From NCBI GenBank assembly GCA_040954595.2, contig CM082579.2, positions 15,600,550-15,664,549 of the forward strand: a DNA stretch of 64,000 nt, given 5' to 3'. Source of the DNA: Balanoglossus misakiensis. Lineage: Eukaryota; Animalia; Hemichordata. The notes under the pieces are model-generated. The model worked only from the letters and a program-made list of their open reading frames with translations, was not told the DNA's origin and made no database searches. Below, one piece after another: positions 48,342 to 61,063 of this stretch (its first letter is position 1; each line of letters starts with the position of its first letter). Both the position numbers and the translations under genes were made by a program.

Positions 48342-51106
48342 TCTAAAGTGCCGGGGCTTCAGCTAAACCAGGCCGTAGGAAATCCGACGTAATCACCGTT
48401 GATAACTTACGCCAGTCTGTGTCATATAGAGCCGGTGCACCAGCCGAGTCACGCCGTAGGAAATCTGACTTGATCAACGTGGTCAATGTACGCCTGTTTC
48501 TGCTCTAGAGTGCCGGGGCTTCAGCTGAGCCAGGCCGTAGGAAACCCGACGTGATTACCGTTGTTAACTTACGCCAGTCTGTGTCCTATATATAGTGCCG
48601 GGGCATCAGCCGTGCCAGGCCGAAGGAAATGTGAGTAGATCAACGTGGTCTCTGTACGCGTGTTTCTGCTCTAGAGTGCCAGGGCTTTAGCCAAGCCATG
48701 CCGTAGGAAATCTGACTTGATCAACGTTGTCTTTTTTACAAAATAAATAAGAATAAATTCTTTTCTTAGTTTCAAACGGGTAGAGATACTTTCCACACGG
48801 GAGACCACGTTGATCTACTCACATTTCCTTCGGCCTGGCACGGCTGATGCCCCGGCACTATATATAGGACACAGACTTGATCAACGTGGTCTCTGTATGC
48901 GTGTTTCTGCTCTAGAGTGCCGGGGCTTTATCCAAGCCATGCCGTAGAAAATCTGACTTGATCACCGTTGCTAACGTACGCTAGTGTCTGTCATATTGTG
49001 ACGGAGATTTAGCCGAGCCAGGCCGTAGAAAAATCGACTTGTTCAACGTTACCAGTGTGCAACTGTTTCTGCTCTAGAGTGTCAGGGTTTTAGCCGACTT
49101 ATGCTGTAGGAAATCTGAGTTGATGAACGGGAATTCAATGTTAGAAAACCCGCGTGGAAAGTATCTCTACCCGTTTGAAACTAAGAAAAGAATTTATTCT
49201 TATTTATTTTGTAAAAAAGACAATTTTTCGGAAAATGTCGAAAATGGTAATTTTGACTTGGGTGATTCAAATTATACCGCCTTTTCTGGAATTTGCAGCA
49301 CTTTTTACAAGAGAACGACACTTCATGCTCCATAATATTTCCGAAAATGAAGAAAAGAGTTAATTTTTTAAGATTTTTTTAAAATTTACCATTTTTGTCA
49401 AAATATGGCCAAAATGGCTATTTTTTCTTGAATTCCGTCAATATCTCTGCATTTTTGGAGTGGTCGAAAGTTTTAACATACAATCAACATGTCATATATG
49501 ATCAGGGCACCAAATTCGAAGAACAAAGGTTTTTTTATTTTTTTTCTAAAAATGACATTTTCAAGGAAAATTTGGTAAAACGCAATTTGTCTGCAGTGAG
49601 CCAAATTAGACGGTCTTTTGAGGAATTTGTATCGATATATATAGATACGAAGAGCATTCTATACTCCATCAGATTTCCGAAAATGTAGAAAACAGGTATT
49701 TTTTGTAATTTTCAAAAATTTACCATTTTGACCAAATTGTGGCTAAAATTGTTATTTTCGTGTTGAATGCCGCCAGTGTCACTGCTTTTAAAAGTCAGAA
49801 AAACTTTTAACATACAAGCAATTGTTTATATATGATCAGGTCACCAAATTAAAAAATAAAGAATGTTTTGCCTAAAAATGACCTTTTTGGTGCAAAAACG
49901 AATAAAACGCAATTTTGTATTAAATCAGCTCATTCAGAGTGCATTTTTATAATCAGCACCATTTTTACATATAATGGAAATTTCATACATCATCAGATAT
50001 CCAAATATGAAAAAATGATTTAGATTTTAGATGATTGTCCAAAATTAGCTGATATCTAACAAATGTACCATTGAACCGTTCTGTTTCCCCCCCCCCCCCT
50101 ACATTACATGCGGTACGCCGATGTCAGCTTACCCGGCAGTACTGCAGGCCGTGCCCCCAACTAACGTCGGTGTTTGAAACGCCCTGGTTAAATTCGAGCT
50201 TTCTCTATAAATTGACAGGCAATAATGCAGTCCTACCCGAACAAATGTCGAGTGTTGACCCGCTGTGACTTTCCCTCTTCGGTTTGCCCGACTTAGCCAA
50301 CGTCTTTGTACTAGAGTGTCAGGTCTTTTGCAGAGCCAGGCCGAAGGAAATCCGACTTGATCACCGTTGCTAACGAACGCTAGTGTCTGTCATGGTGTGC
50401 CGGGGTTTTAGTCGAGCCAGGCCGTAGGAGATCTGACTTGATCATCGTGGTCAATGTACGCGTGTTTCCGCTCTAAAGTGCCGGGGCTTCAGCTAAACCA
50501 GGCCGTAGGAAATCCGACGTAATCACCGTTGATAACTTACGCCTGTCTGTGTCATATAGAGCCGGTGCACCAGCCGAGTCACGCCGTAGGAAATCTGACT
50601 TGATCAACGTGGTCAATGTACGCCTGTTTCTGGTCTAGAGTGCCGGGGCTTCAGCTGAGCCAGGCCGTAGGAAACCCGACGTGATTACCGTTGTTAACTT
50701 ACGCCAGTCTGTGTCCTATATATAGTGCCGGGGCATCAGCCGTGCCAGGCCGAAGGAAATGTGAGTAGATCAACGTGGTCTCTGTACGCGTGTTTCTGCT
50801 CTACAGTGCCAGGGCTTTAGCCAAGCCATGCCGTAGGAAATCTGACTTGATCAACGTTGCTAACGAACGCTAGTGTCTGTCATAGTGTGCCAGGGTTTCA
50901 GTCGAGCCAAGCCGTAGGAGATCAGACTTGATCAACGTGGTCTCTGTACGCGTGTTTCTGCTCTAGAGTGCCGGGGCTTTATCCAAGCCATGCCGTAGAA
51001 AATCTGACTTGATCACCGTTGCTAACATACGCTAGTGTCTGTCATATTGTGACGGAGATTTAGCCGAGCCAGGCCCTAGAAAAATCGACTAGTTCAACGT
51101 TACCAG
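48339..51106 (+). repeat. Sat1 block 5, with a small inverted patch at 48727-48877
   Basis: Landmark at 49154; same subrepeat structure. Confidence 0.93.
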
Positions 51107-54070
51107 TGTAGTAACCTCGATGTGCCGTCTCAAATGGCGCCCTAATTCACATCAAAGGCCACAGGGTTCTATAGTATTTGCCGTTAACTAACTGGAGCTC
51201 ACCATCGCCGACGAACATTCCTTGTCAGATGTCACAGAAAACGCTGCTCGGAACTTTACACGAACATTTAATGACTGAACATACAACACTGGCACTGGAT
51301 GATGCGTCGCGGTGGTTGAAGTTTCCGTAGAAAACTGGCAAAAATCCCCAGGCTAACTGTGCAAAAGTCCTCACATGTGCGCCATGGAATTTTCCAGATA
51401 TTTTCTAAACAAAAGCGCATGCGCTAATGTACTCACAGCGCGAGGGCGCTAGACTAAATATTTCAGTTTCTCTAAGAACTGGGCGTCCTTACACCAGCCC
51501 CCAAATTGTTCATGAAAAAACATTAACAATTTCCATCCTAGCAAATTCAAAACGCCAACATCCATATGTGCCGAAATTACATATCAAATAGAAATTACAA
51601 AACAATATCTATAAATATCTCGAAACGCGAAGTCGAAAGTTTTTCAGGAAACGCGAATACAAGAATCCTTTTCTTCATGAATGTGATGATACATCCTAGA
51701 CCATGCCCAGACCTCGTCCGGTCAATCATGCTGCCAAGCATGATATCCAACACATCTGTACTTCAAAGATGAGATCAAACGCTGAACGTAGTGGATAGAC
51801 TGGCCACTACTTGAGATCGTTGTTATTACAGCTGCTGGTAACTGCAACCATACCAATACCACTAAGTCTGTGCTTCCAGCAATGTGCACAACTTATCATA
51901 TGGTCTTTCTAAAACACTGGATCTGGTCTTCACCAATACTCGTCTCACCACCCCTTTCCGATCAGGCATAACTTTGACGATTACACCCAAAGGCCACGCA
52001 TTTCTGGAGGTGTTCCCAAGTCGTTCTTCTCCGTCACACCAGGGGGTGTTGCTGCTCCCTTCATAGTAAGCAACATACTGGGTGTCAATGCTTTTAAGTC
52101 TCTAACGTCGTCCGACGATACTGTAATCTCATGCGGTCCATCTGTACGACGACTTTTGTTCTTGGCACATCTCAACAATGTGTCACCCACTTTACGTATC
52201 CAGGCCACTGCTTTCTTCAGTTTATACCAACTGGAGTAGTGGTCTATCATTTTCTGAACCGTCTCCTCCGCATTAACGGACATGGATCGATCCGCCCCTT
52301 TGTCAGGCGTCAGTCGTTCTCCCGAAACAACAGGTACTGTTCCCAACACAACGGGTACAGTTTCTTCTTCCGACCTCAAGGCTATTCTATGCACTAGTGC
52401 AGATTTCTTCACCTCTGGATCTTCTGGATCTAGCTGTGTATTGTAGCTATCACTTGGCCATTTGTCTTGTGTCTTCCGCAAGAAATCAGGACCACCTATC
52501 CATCTTTCGTTCTTCAGAAAAGCATCTATTTTCTGACCTCTAGAGCACTCATCTGCCGGGTTGTCACTGGTATTAATGTAGCGCCAGTTCGCTGGGTCTG
52601 ATCCTCCTCGAATCACTGCTAGTCTATTCGCCACGAAGGTATGAAATCTTGTGGTTTTGTTGTTTATGTACCGCAGCACGGTTTTGCTATCCGTCCAAAA
52701 CACGGATTCATTGATTGGCAAATCCACCTCATTTCTGAGAAGTTTGTCAAGCCTCACTGCTACAGTAGCTGCAGTTAATTCCATTCGTGGGATCGATATT
52801 TGCTTCAATGGAGCCACTCTTGCTTTGGCCATCATCAAAGTGCTGTGGATGTTTCCGCTTTTGTCGATCAACCTAAGATATGATACAGCGCCATATCCAT
52901 TTTCGCTGGCATCAGCAAAGTGATGTAGCTGAGCTGTGTCTACTTCACCAAAGTGCTCGGGCTTTATACATCTGGGTACTGCGAAACACTCTTCTAATTT
53001 CGGTAGATCCCTCAACCAATTCTCCCACACTTTGCGTTGTTTTCCAGGAATATCATCATCCCAGCCTAGTTTTGCTTTACACAGCTGCTGCAAAAGCATC
53101 TTGGGTGGCAGAAGCGCTGGTGCTGCCATGCCCAGTGGGTCGTATAATGAACTAACCACTCCCAGAATTCCTCGTCTGGTCGCTGGTTTCTCTTTAGTAC
53201 AATTTCTGAATCCGAATTCGTCAGATTCCACGTTCCACTGCATACCGAGTGCATGCTCCATTGGCAAGTCATCTCGCTCCAAGTCTAAGTTCTTCACCTC
53301 TATCGCCCTTTGTTCTTCAGGTATTGCTTCCAAAACTGGACGCGTATTGCTGATCCACTTTGTGAGCTTGAACCCTGATTTCTTACAGGTGTCTGTCAGC
53401 CCTTCAGCCAAAGACTTTCCTTCCATCACTGTTGATGCTGCCTTCAACATGTCATCAACGTAGAAGTTTCTAGATATGGTGTTCTTGACACTCAGATCAG
53501 AAGTATTGTCTGGAGCTTTCTTCAACGCGAAGTTTGCACAACTGGGTGACAATGTAGCCCCGAAGATGTGCACTGTCATTCGGTACTCGACAGTTAGGCC
53601 ACCACAGAAAACGCTGGAAATCTCGGTTTTCTTGCGACACGCCAACTTGAGAGAACATAGCCTCTATATCTGACATCAGTGCTATCCGCTCTTCACGAAA
53701 ACGTATAAGCACTCCTACAAGTGAACTGGTCAGATCCGGTCCTTGCATTAATTCCTTGTTCAAAGAAGTTCCCTTGTATTCTGCACCACAGTCGAAGACT
53801 ACCCGGATTTTCTGTTTCTGTGGATGGTATACTCCATGATGGGGAAGATACCATTTCTTTCCAGGATTGCCTTCCAATTCTTCCTGTGGCACCCTTTCAG
53901 CATAGCCTTTGTCTATAATATTTTCCATGAAGGTAGTATATTCTTGACGATAGTCATCGTTGTTTCTAAATTTCTTTCCCAACTGAGAAAGCCGATATTC
54001 TACTGCCACTTTGTTGTTTGGCATCGTAACACCGTCATCACGAAACGGTAATGGCACCTGGTAATGACCA
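51107..54070 (-). mobile_element. BEL-2 copy B (3' LTR 51107-51493 plus RT/RH remnant), left arm of the fold-back
   Basis: Left flank ACCAG as in copy A; ORFs 51981-53645 (FYVDD) and 53497-54168. Confidence 0.94.
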
Positions 54071-57000
54071 AGGTCAAATGTAGATCGAGTGGTCTTAGTG
54101 TACAAACGTACGCCTTTATTGACAACGGCAGTGACACAGTATTCTGTACGGAAACACTTCGCCGACAACTGAACGTCGGTGGTAAGAAAACAAAGATTAT
54201 GCTGAACACTATCACTGGAAGTAAATCAGCTGATAGTCGTGTTATCAAGGGTCCAGAAGTTTCAGATCTTGATGAGCATTACAGCTACATATACGCAAGA
54301 GAAAATTCCTGCTTCGAAAGATCTCATCGTTACACAAGATGACATTGGCAAGTATCCTTATTTGCGTAAGGTACGCCTGCCTGAGATAGATGCGGAAATA
54401 GGCCTACTCATCGGTGGTAACGTTCCTGAAGCGTTTGAACCATGGGAAGTGATAAACAGTAATGGAGATGGACCATTTGCCGTACGTACCCGTTTAGGCT
54501 GGTTCGTAAATGGTTTCCTTACGGGGGCTGGCGTGTCAGAAAATGAAACTGCCGCAACAGTCTGTAGAATACAAGTTGGACCGGCGATTGATCAGCAGTT
54601 AATCAACCTCTTCAATCACGAGTTCAGCGAGCGCATCATAGATGACAAACCCGAAGATTCGGTTGAAGATAGAAAGTTCATGAAGATTGCGTACGAACAA
54701 ACGCAGTTTGTTGATGGTCATTACCAGGTGCCATTACCGTTTCGTGATGACGGTGTTACGATGCCAAACAACAAAGTGGCAGTAGAATATCGGCTTTCTC
54801 AGTTGGGAAAGAAATTTAGAAACAACGATGACTATCGTCAAGAATATACTACCTTCATGGAAAGTATTATAGACAAAGGCTATGCTGAAAGGGTGCCACA
54901 GGAAGAATTTGAAAGCAATCCTGGAAAGAAATGGTATCTTCCCCATCATGGAGTATACCATCCACAGAAACAGAAAATCCGGGTAGTCTTCGACTGTGGT
55001 GCAGAATACAAGGGAACTTCTTTGAACAAGGAATTAATGCAAGGACCGGATCTGACCAGTTCACTTGTAGGAGTGCTTATACGTTTTCGTGAAGAGCGGA
55101 TAGCACTGATGTCAGATATAGAGGCTATGTTCTCTCAAGTTGGCGTGTCGCAAGAAAACCGAGATTTCCAGTGTTTTCTGTGGTGGCCTAATGGTAATGT
55201 AGAGGAACCTCCTGTCGAGTACCGAATGACAGTGCACATCTTCGGGGCTACATCGTCACCCAGTTGTGCAAACTTCGCGTTGAAGAAAGCTTCAGACAAT
55301 ACTTCTGATCTGAGTGTCAAGAACACCATATCTAGAAACTTCTACGTTGATGACATGTTGAAGGCAGCATCAACAGTGATGGAAGGAAAGTCTTTGGCTG
55401 AAGGGCTGACAGACACCTGTAAGAAATCAGGGTTCAAGCTCACAAAGTGGATCAGCAATACGCGTCCAGTTTTGGAAGCAATACCTGAAGAACAAAGGGC
55501 GATAGAGGTGAAGAACTTAGACTTGGAGCGAGATGACTTGCCAATGGAGCATGCACTCGGTATGCAGTGGAACGTGGAATCTGACGAATTCGGATTCAGA
55601 AATCGTACTAAAGAGAAACCAGCGACCAGACGAGGAATTCTGGGAGTGGTTAGTTCATTATACGACCCACTGGGCATGGCAGCACCAGCGCTTCTGCCAC
55701 CCAAGATGCTTTTGCAGCAGCTGTGTAAAGCAAAACTAGGCTGGGATGATGATATTCCTGGAAAACAACGCAAAGTGTGGGAGAATTGGTTGAGGGATCT
55801 ACCGAAATTAGAAGAGTGTTTCGCAGTACCCAGATGTATAAAGCCCGAGCACTTTGGTGAAGTAGACACAGCTCAGCTACATCACTTTGCTGATGCCAGC
55901 GAAAATGGATATGGCGCTGTATCATATCTTAGGTTGATCGACAAAAGCGGAAACATCCACAGCACTTTGATGATGGCCAAAGCAAGAGTGGCTCCATTGA
56001 AGCAAATATCGATCCCACGAATGGAATTAACTGCAGCTACTGTAGCAGTGAGGCTTGACAAACTTCTCAGAAAGGAGATGGATTTGCCAATCAATGAATC
56101 CGTGTTTTGGACGGATAGCAAAACCGTGCTGCGGTACATAAACAACGAAACCACAAGATTTCATACCTTCGTGGCGAATAGACTAGCAGTGATTCGAGGA
56201 GGATCAGACCCAGCGAACTGGCGCTACATTAATACCAGTGACAACCCGGCAGATGCTTTTCTGAAGAACGAAAGATGGATAGGTGGTCCTGATTTCTTGC
56301 GGAAGACACAAGACAAATGGCCAAGTGATAGCTACAATACACAGCTAGATCCAGAAGATCCAGAGGTGAAGAAATCTGCACTAGTGCATAGAATAGCCTT
56401 GAGGTCGGAAGAAGAAACTGTACCCGTTGTGTTGGGAACAGTACCTGTTGTTTCGGGAGAACGACAGACGCCTGACAAAGGGGCGGATCGATCCATGTCC
56501 GTTAATGCGGAGGAGACGGTTCAGAAAATGATAGACCACTACTCCAGTTGGTATAAACTGAAGAAAGCAGTGGCCTGGATACGTAAAGTGGGTGACACAT
56601 TGTTGAGATGTGCCAAGAACAAAAGTCGTCGTACAGATGGACCGCATGAGATTACAGTATCGTCGGACGACGTTAGAGACTTAAAAGCATTGACACCCAG
56701 TATGTTGCTTACTATGAAGGGAGCAGCAACACCCCCTGGTGTGACGGAGAAGAACGACTTGTATGCTGTACACAGATGGAAGCAAGTGCAGTATCTGTCA
56801 GATTTGTATTGGAAAAGGATGAGAACACCTCCAGAAATGCGTGGCCTTTGGGTGTAATCGTCAAAGTTATGCCTGATCGGAAAGGGGTGGTGAGACGAGT
56901 ATTGGTGAAGACCAGATCCAGTGTTTTAGAAAGACCATATGATAAGTTGTGCACATTGCTGGAAGCACAGACTTAGTGGTATTGGTATGGTTGCAGTTAC

Positions 57001-57731
57001 CAGCAGCTGTAATAACAACGATCTCAAGTAGTGGCCAGTCTATCCACTACGTCCAGCGTTTGATCTCATCTTTGAAGTACAGATGTGTTGGATATCATGC
57101 TTGGCAGCATGATTGACCGGACGAGGTCTGGGCATGGTCAAGGATGTATCATCACATTCATGAAGAAAAGGATTCTTGTATTCGCGTTTCCTGAAAAACT
57201 TTCGACTTCGCGTTTCGAGATATTTATAGATATTGTTTTGTAATTTCTATTTGATATGTAATTTCGGCACATATGGATGTTGGCGTTTTGAATTTGCTAG
57301 GATGGAAATTGTTAATGTTTTTTCATGAACAATTTGGGGGCTGGTGTAAGGACGCCCAGTTCTTAGAGAAACTGAAATATTTAGTCTAGCGCCCTCGCGC
57401 TGTGAGTACATTAGCGCATGCGCTTTTGTTTAGAAAATATCTGGAAAATTCCATGGCGCACATGTGAGGACTTTTGCACAGTTAGCCTGGGGATTTTTGC
57501 CAGTTTTCTACGGAAACTTCAACCACCGCGACGCATCATCCAGTGCCAGTGTTGTATGTTCAGTCATTAAATGTTCGTGTAAAGTTCCGAGCAGCGTTTT
57601 CTGTGACATCTGACAAGGAATGTTCGTCGGCGATGGTGAGCTCCAGTTAGTTAACGGCAAATACTGTAGAAACCTGTGGCCTTTGATGTGAATTAGGGCG
57701 CCATTTGAGACGGCACATCGAGGTTACTACA
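54069..57731 (+). mobile_element. BEL-2 copy C (protease-RT-RH plus 3' LTR 57345-57731), right arm of the fold-back
   Basis: Reverse complement of copy B plus 644 bp more upstream; followed by CTGGT (reverse complement of ACCAG). Confidence 0.94.
54239..56857 (+). pseudogene. pol: BEL-2 C partial Pol (end of protease, RT, RNase H; integrase core deleted)
   Basis: 872-aa open frame with KIRVVFDC, DIEAMF, FGATSSP, FYVDD, HHFADAS, NPAD; no genuine start and no HHCC/DDE. Confidence 0.9.
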
Positions 57732-59646
57732 CTGGTAACGTTGAACAAGTCGATTTTTCTAGGGCCTGGCTCGGCTAAATCTCCGTCACAATATGACAGA
57801 CACTAGCGTACGTTAGCAACGGTGATCAAGTCAGATTTTCTACGGCATGGCTTGGATAAAGCCCCGGCACTCTAGAGCAGAAACACGCGTACAGAGACCA
57901 GGTTGATCAAGTCTGATCTCCTACGGCTTGGCTCGACTGAAACCCCGGCACACTATGACAGACACTAGCGTTCGTTAGCAACGTTGATCAAGTCAGATTT
58001 CCTACGGCATGGCTTGGCTAAAGCCCTGGCACTGTAGAGCAGAAACACGCGTACAGAGACCACGTTGATCTACTCACATTTCCTTCGGCCTGGCACGGCT
58101 GATGCCCCGGCACTATATATAGGACACAGACTGGCGTAAGTTAACAACGGTAATCACGTCGGGTTTCCTACGGCCTGGCTCAGCAGAAGCCCCGGCACTC
58201 TAGAGCAGAAACAGGCGTACATTGACCACGTTGATCAAGTCAGATTTCCTACGGCGTGACTCGTCTGGTGCACCGGCTCTATATGACACAGACTGGCGTA
58301 AGTTATCAACGGTGATTACGTCGGATTTCCTACGGCCTGGTTTAGCTGAAGCCCCGGCACTTTAGAGCGGAAACACGCGTACATTGACCACGATGATCAA
58401 GTCAGATCTCCTACGGCCTGGCTCGACTAAAACCCCGGCACACCATGACAGACACTAGCGTTCGTTAGCAACGGTGATCAAGTCGGATTTCCTTCGGCCT
58501 GGCTCTGCAAAAGACCTGACACTCTAGTACAAAGACGTTGGCTAAGTCGGGCAAACCGAAGAGGGAAAGTCACAGCGGGTCAACACTCGACATTTGTTCG
58601 GGTAGGACTGCATTATTGCCTGTCAATTTGTAGAGAAAGCTCGAATTTAACCAGGGCGTTTCAAACACCGACGTTAGTTGGGGGCACGGCCTGCAGTACT
58701 GCCGGGTAAACTGACATCGGCGTACCGCATGTAATGTAGGGGGGGGGGGGCGGGAAACAGAACGGTTCAATACTACATTTATCAGATATCAGCTAATTTT
58801 GGACAATCATCTTAAATATTTCTAATTAATTTTTTCATATTTGGATATCTGATGATGTATGAAATTTCCATTATATGTAAAAATGGTGCTGATTATAAAA
58901 ATGCACTCTGAATGAGCTGATTTAATACAAAATTGCGTTTTATTCGTTTTTGCACCAAAAAGGTCATTTTAGGCAAAACATTCTTTATTTTTTTAATTCG
59001 GTGACCTGATCATATATAAACAATTGCTTGTATGTTAAAAGTTTTTCTGACTTTTAAAAGCAGTGACACTGGCGGCATTCAACACGAAAATAACAATTTT
59101 AGCCACAATTTGGTCAAAATGGTAAATTTTTGAAAATTACAAAAAATACCTGTTTTCTACATTTTCGGAAATCTGATGGAGTATAGAATGCTCTTCGTAT
59201 GTATATATCGATACAAATTCCACAAAAGACCGTCTAATTTGGCTCACTGCAGACAAAATTGCGTTTTACCAAATTTTCCTTGAAAATGTCATTTTTAGAA
59301 AAAAAAAAAAAACCTTTGTTCTTCGAATTTGGTGCCCTGATCATATATGACATGTTGATTGTATGTTAAAACTTTCGACCACTCCAAAAATGCAGAGATA
59401 TTGACGGAATTCAAGAAAAAATAGCCATTTTGGCCATATGTTGACAAAAATGGTAAATTTTAAAAAAATCTTAAAAAATTAACTCTTTTCTTCATTTTCG
59501 GAAATATTATGGAGCATGAAGTGTCGTTCTCTTGTAAAAAGTGCTGCAAATTCCAGAAAAGGCGGTATAATTTGAATCACCCAAGTCAAAATTACCATTT
59601 TCGACATTTTCCGAAAAATTGTCTTTTTTACAAAATAAATAAGAAT
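57732..59646 (-). repeat. Sat1 block 6, inverted
   Basis: Reverse complement of 49196-51106 including its private variants. Confidence 0.95.
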
Positions 59647-61063
59647 TAAAGCTGCAAGCAGCATTGTCGGGCCCAAGCGCTGATCCGGAAATATATATGC
59701 ACAGTATGAATGAGTAGAAACAGAATGCTCTAGCTGGTGTTTTATCTCATGACATTACAAGGACAAATGTATTTTTGCTGCAGAAATAGAGTAAAGTAGG
59801 TCACCTGATGTCACCCAAATTTCGGGAAATTTCTTTTTACCCATACTGGTCCATGTCCAACAACAACCAAAACTCTAGCTCTATTTGTTCGCCTGTAATT
59901 AGGTATGTGCATAATTAATGAGGTCAGCAGGTGTCACAGGTGACCCAAAAATGTGGCTTTACATTATGGTCCCATCCTACCAAATGCCATGGCTGTATCT
60001 GCTCTGGATGCTGAGATATGCGAAAGTAGGTCAAAGGTCACCAGAGGTCACCCAACATTTGGGCAAAAAATTTTGATCCCATACTGGTCCATGTCCAACA
60101 AAAACCAAACCTCTAGCTCTTTTGGTTCGCCTGTAATTAGCTATGCACATAATTAATGAGGTCAGCAGAGGTCAAAGGGGTCATGTAAAGTAGCAAAATA
60201 TTTTGATCACACACTAATCCACATCCATCAAAAACTAAACGTCTAGCCCTATAGGTTAGCCTGGAATTAGATATGCAGAAATAATTACGCGTGATAAGTA
60301 GGTCAAAGGTCATGTGAAAAATCGCCAAAAAATTGTAACATATTTTAGTCACATGACGATTGATATCCATAAAAAGAATTGCTATGCTATCAATTTTTAG
60401 ACTAGAAAAAGGAATTTCAATTTTTCACTGCTTTTTACGAAATCCAATATGGCCGCCATAATCTTCGACCAATCACAATGCTCTTCTCAAACTTGATAGA
60501 CATCAGTTTGGTGACCATACAACCCGAATCTTGCGACTCAGTTATCGCCAATTCTGAAGAAGAAGATTTTTGAAATTTTTCTATGGTTTTTCGAAAATCC
60601 AATATGGCCGCCATAATCTTCAACCAATCACAACGCTCCTTATCAAACTTGATAGACATCAGATAGGTGACCACATACCCCAAACGCCGTGACTCGGTTA
60701 TCGCCGGTTCTGGAGAAGAAGATTTTTGAAATTTTAACCAGATTTCAGAAAATATAATGTAGCAAAAAAACTGCAACATTGACAACAAAGTATCCAATTA
60801 CAAAAATGATGGGCAGAAGGTAGTGTACCTGCATACCAAATTTGAAGTCGATCTGACTTGTAGTTTCTGAGATCTGAGATTTGCATTTTTTCAGAAAATC
60901 CAATATGGCCGCCAGGTCACGTGACTAATTAAGTATTCACAAGTCACTGCACATCTACTCATTGACCTTGACAACTGTAGCAAGTTTGAGCAGTGTACCT
61001 GCAGTAGTTACAGAGATCTCGTTGGCCGAAGAATTGACAGGAGAATAAAGAAAGAAAGAAAGA
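59645..61063 (-). mobile_element. Helentron/HINE-like non-autonomous element, unit A (body and 3' end)
   Basis: Minus-strand 3' end: subTIR GCGCTTGGGCCC, hairpin GCTGCTTGCAGC, TTTAAT; (AAAG)n at the other end. Confidence 0.7.

Noticed and set aside
584-50268. Recurring 60-97 aa ORFs (MESIST..., MSKYGQ..., MNRSVP...) as a gene family
   Set aside because: They start at GTG/TTG in satellite DNA, open and close with homopolymer slippage, and have no recognisable domain.
54239-56857. 872-aa ORF as a functional pol gene
   Set aside because: No gag, 5' LTR or true start; begins after a frameshifting deletion; integrase core missing.
17157-57731. Independent site-specific insertion of BEL-2 three times
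   Set aside because: A shared flanking variant and shared internal deletions indicate copies of one insertion.
58843-58870. Hammerhead-like CTGATGA-tgtat-GAAA on the satellite minus strand
   Set aside because: No room for stem III and the UH cleavage site before the stem I complement; paralogous subrepeats do not keep the core.
49196-59646. Palindrome as a fold-back sequencing chimera
   Set aside because: The arms differ by several independent deletions and substitutions, which an artefact would not produce; read confirmation is still desirable.
1-59646. Sat1 as an rDNA spacer or 5S/snRNA/tRNA gene array
   Set aside because: No recognisable rRNA, 5S, snRNA or tRNA sequence by eye; a covariance-model search would be needed to exclude a divergent RNA.
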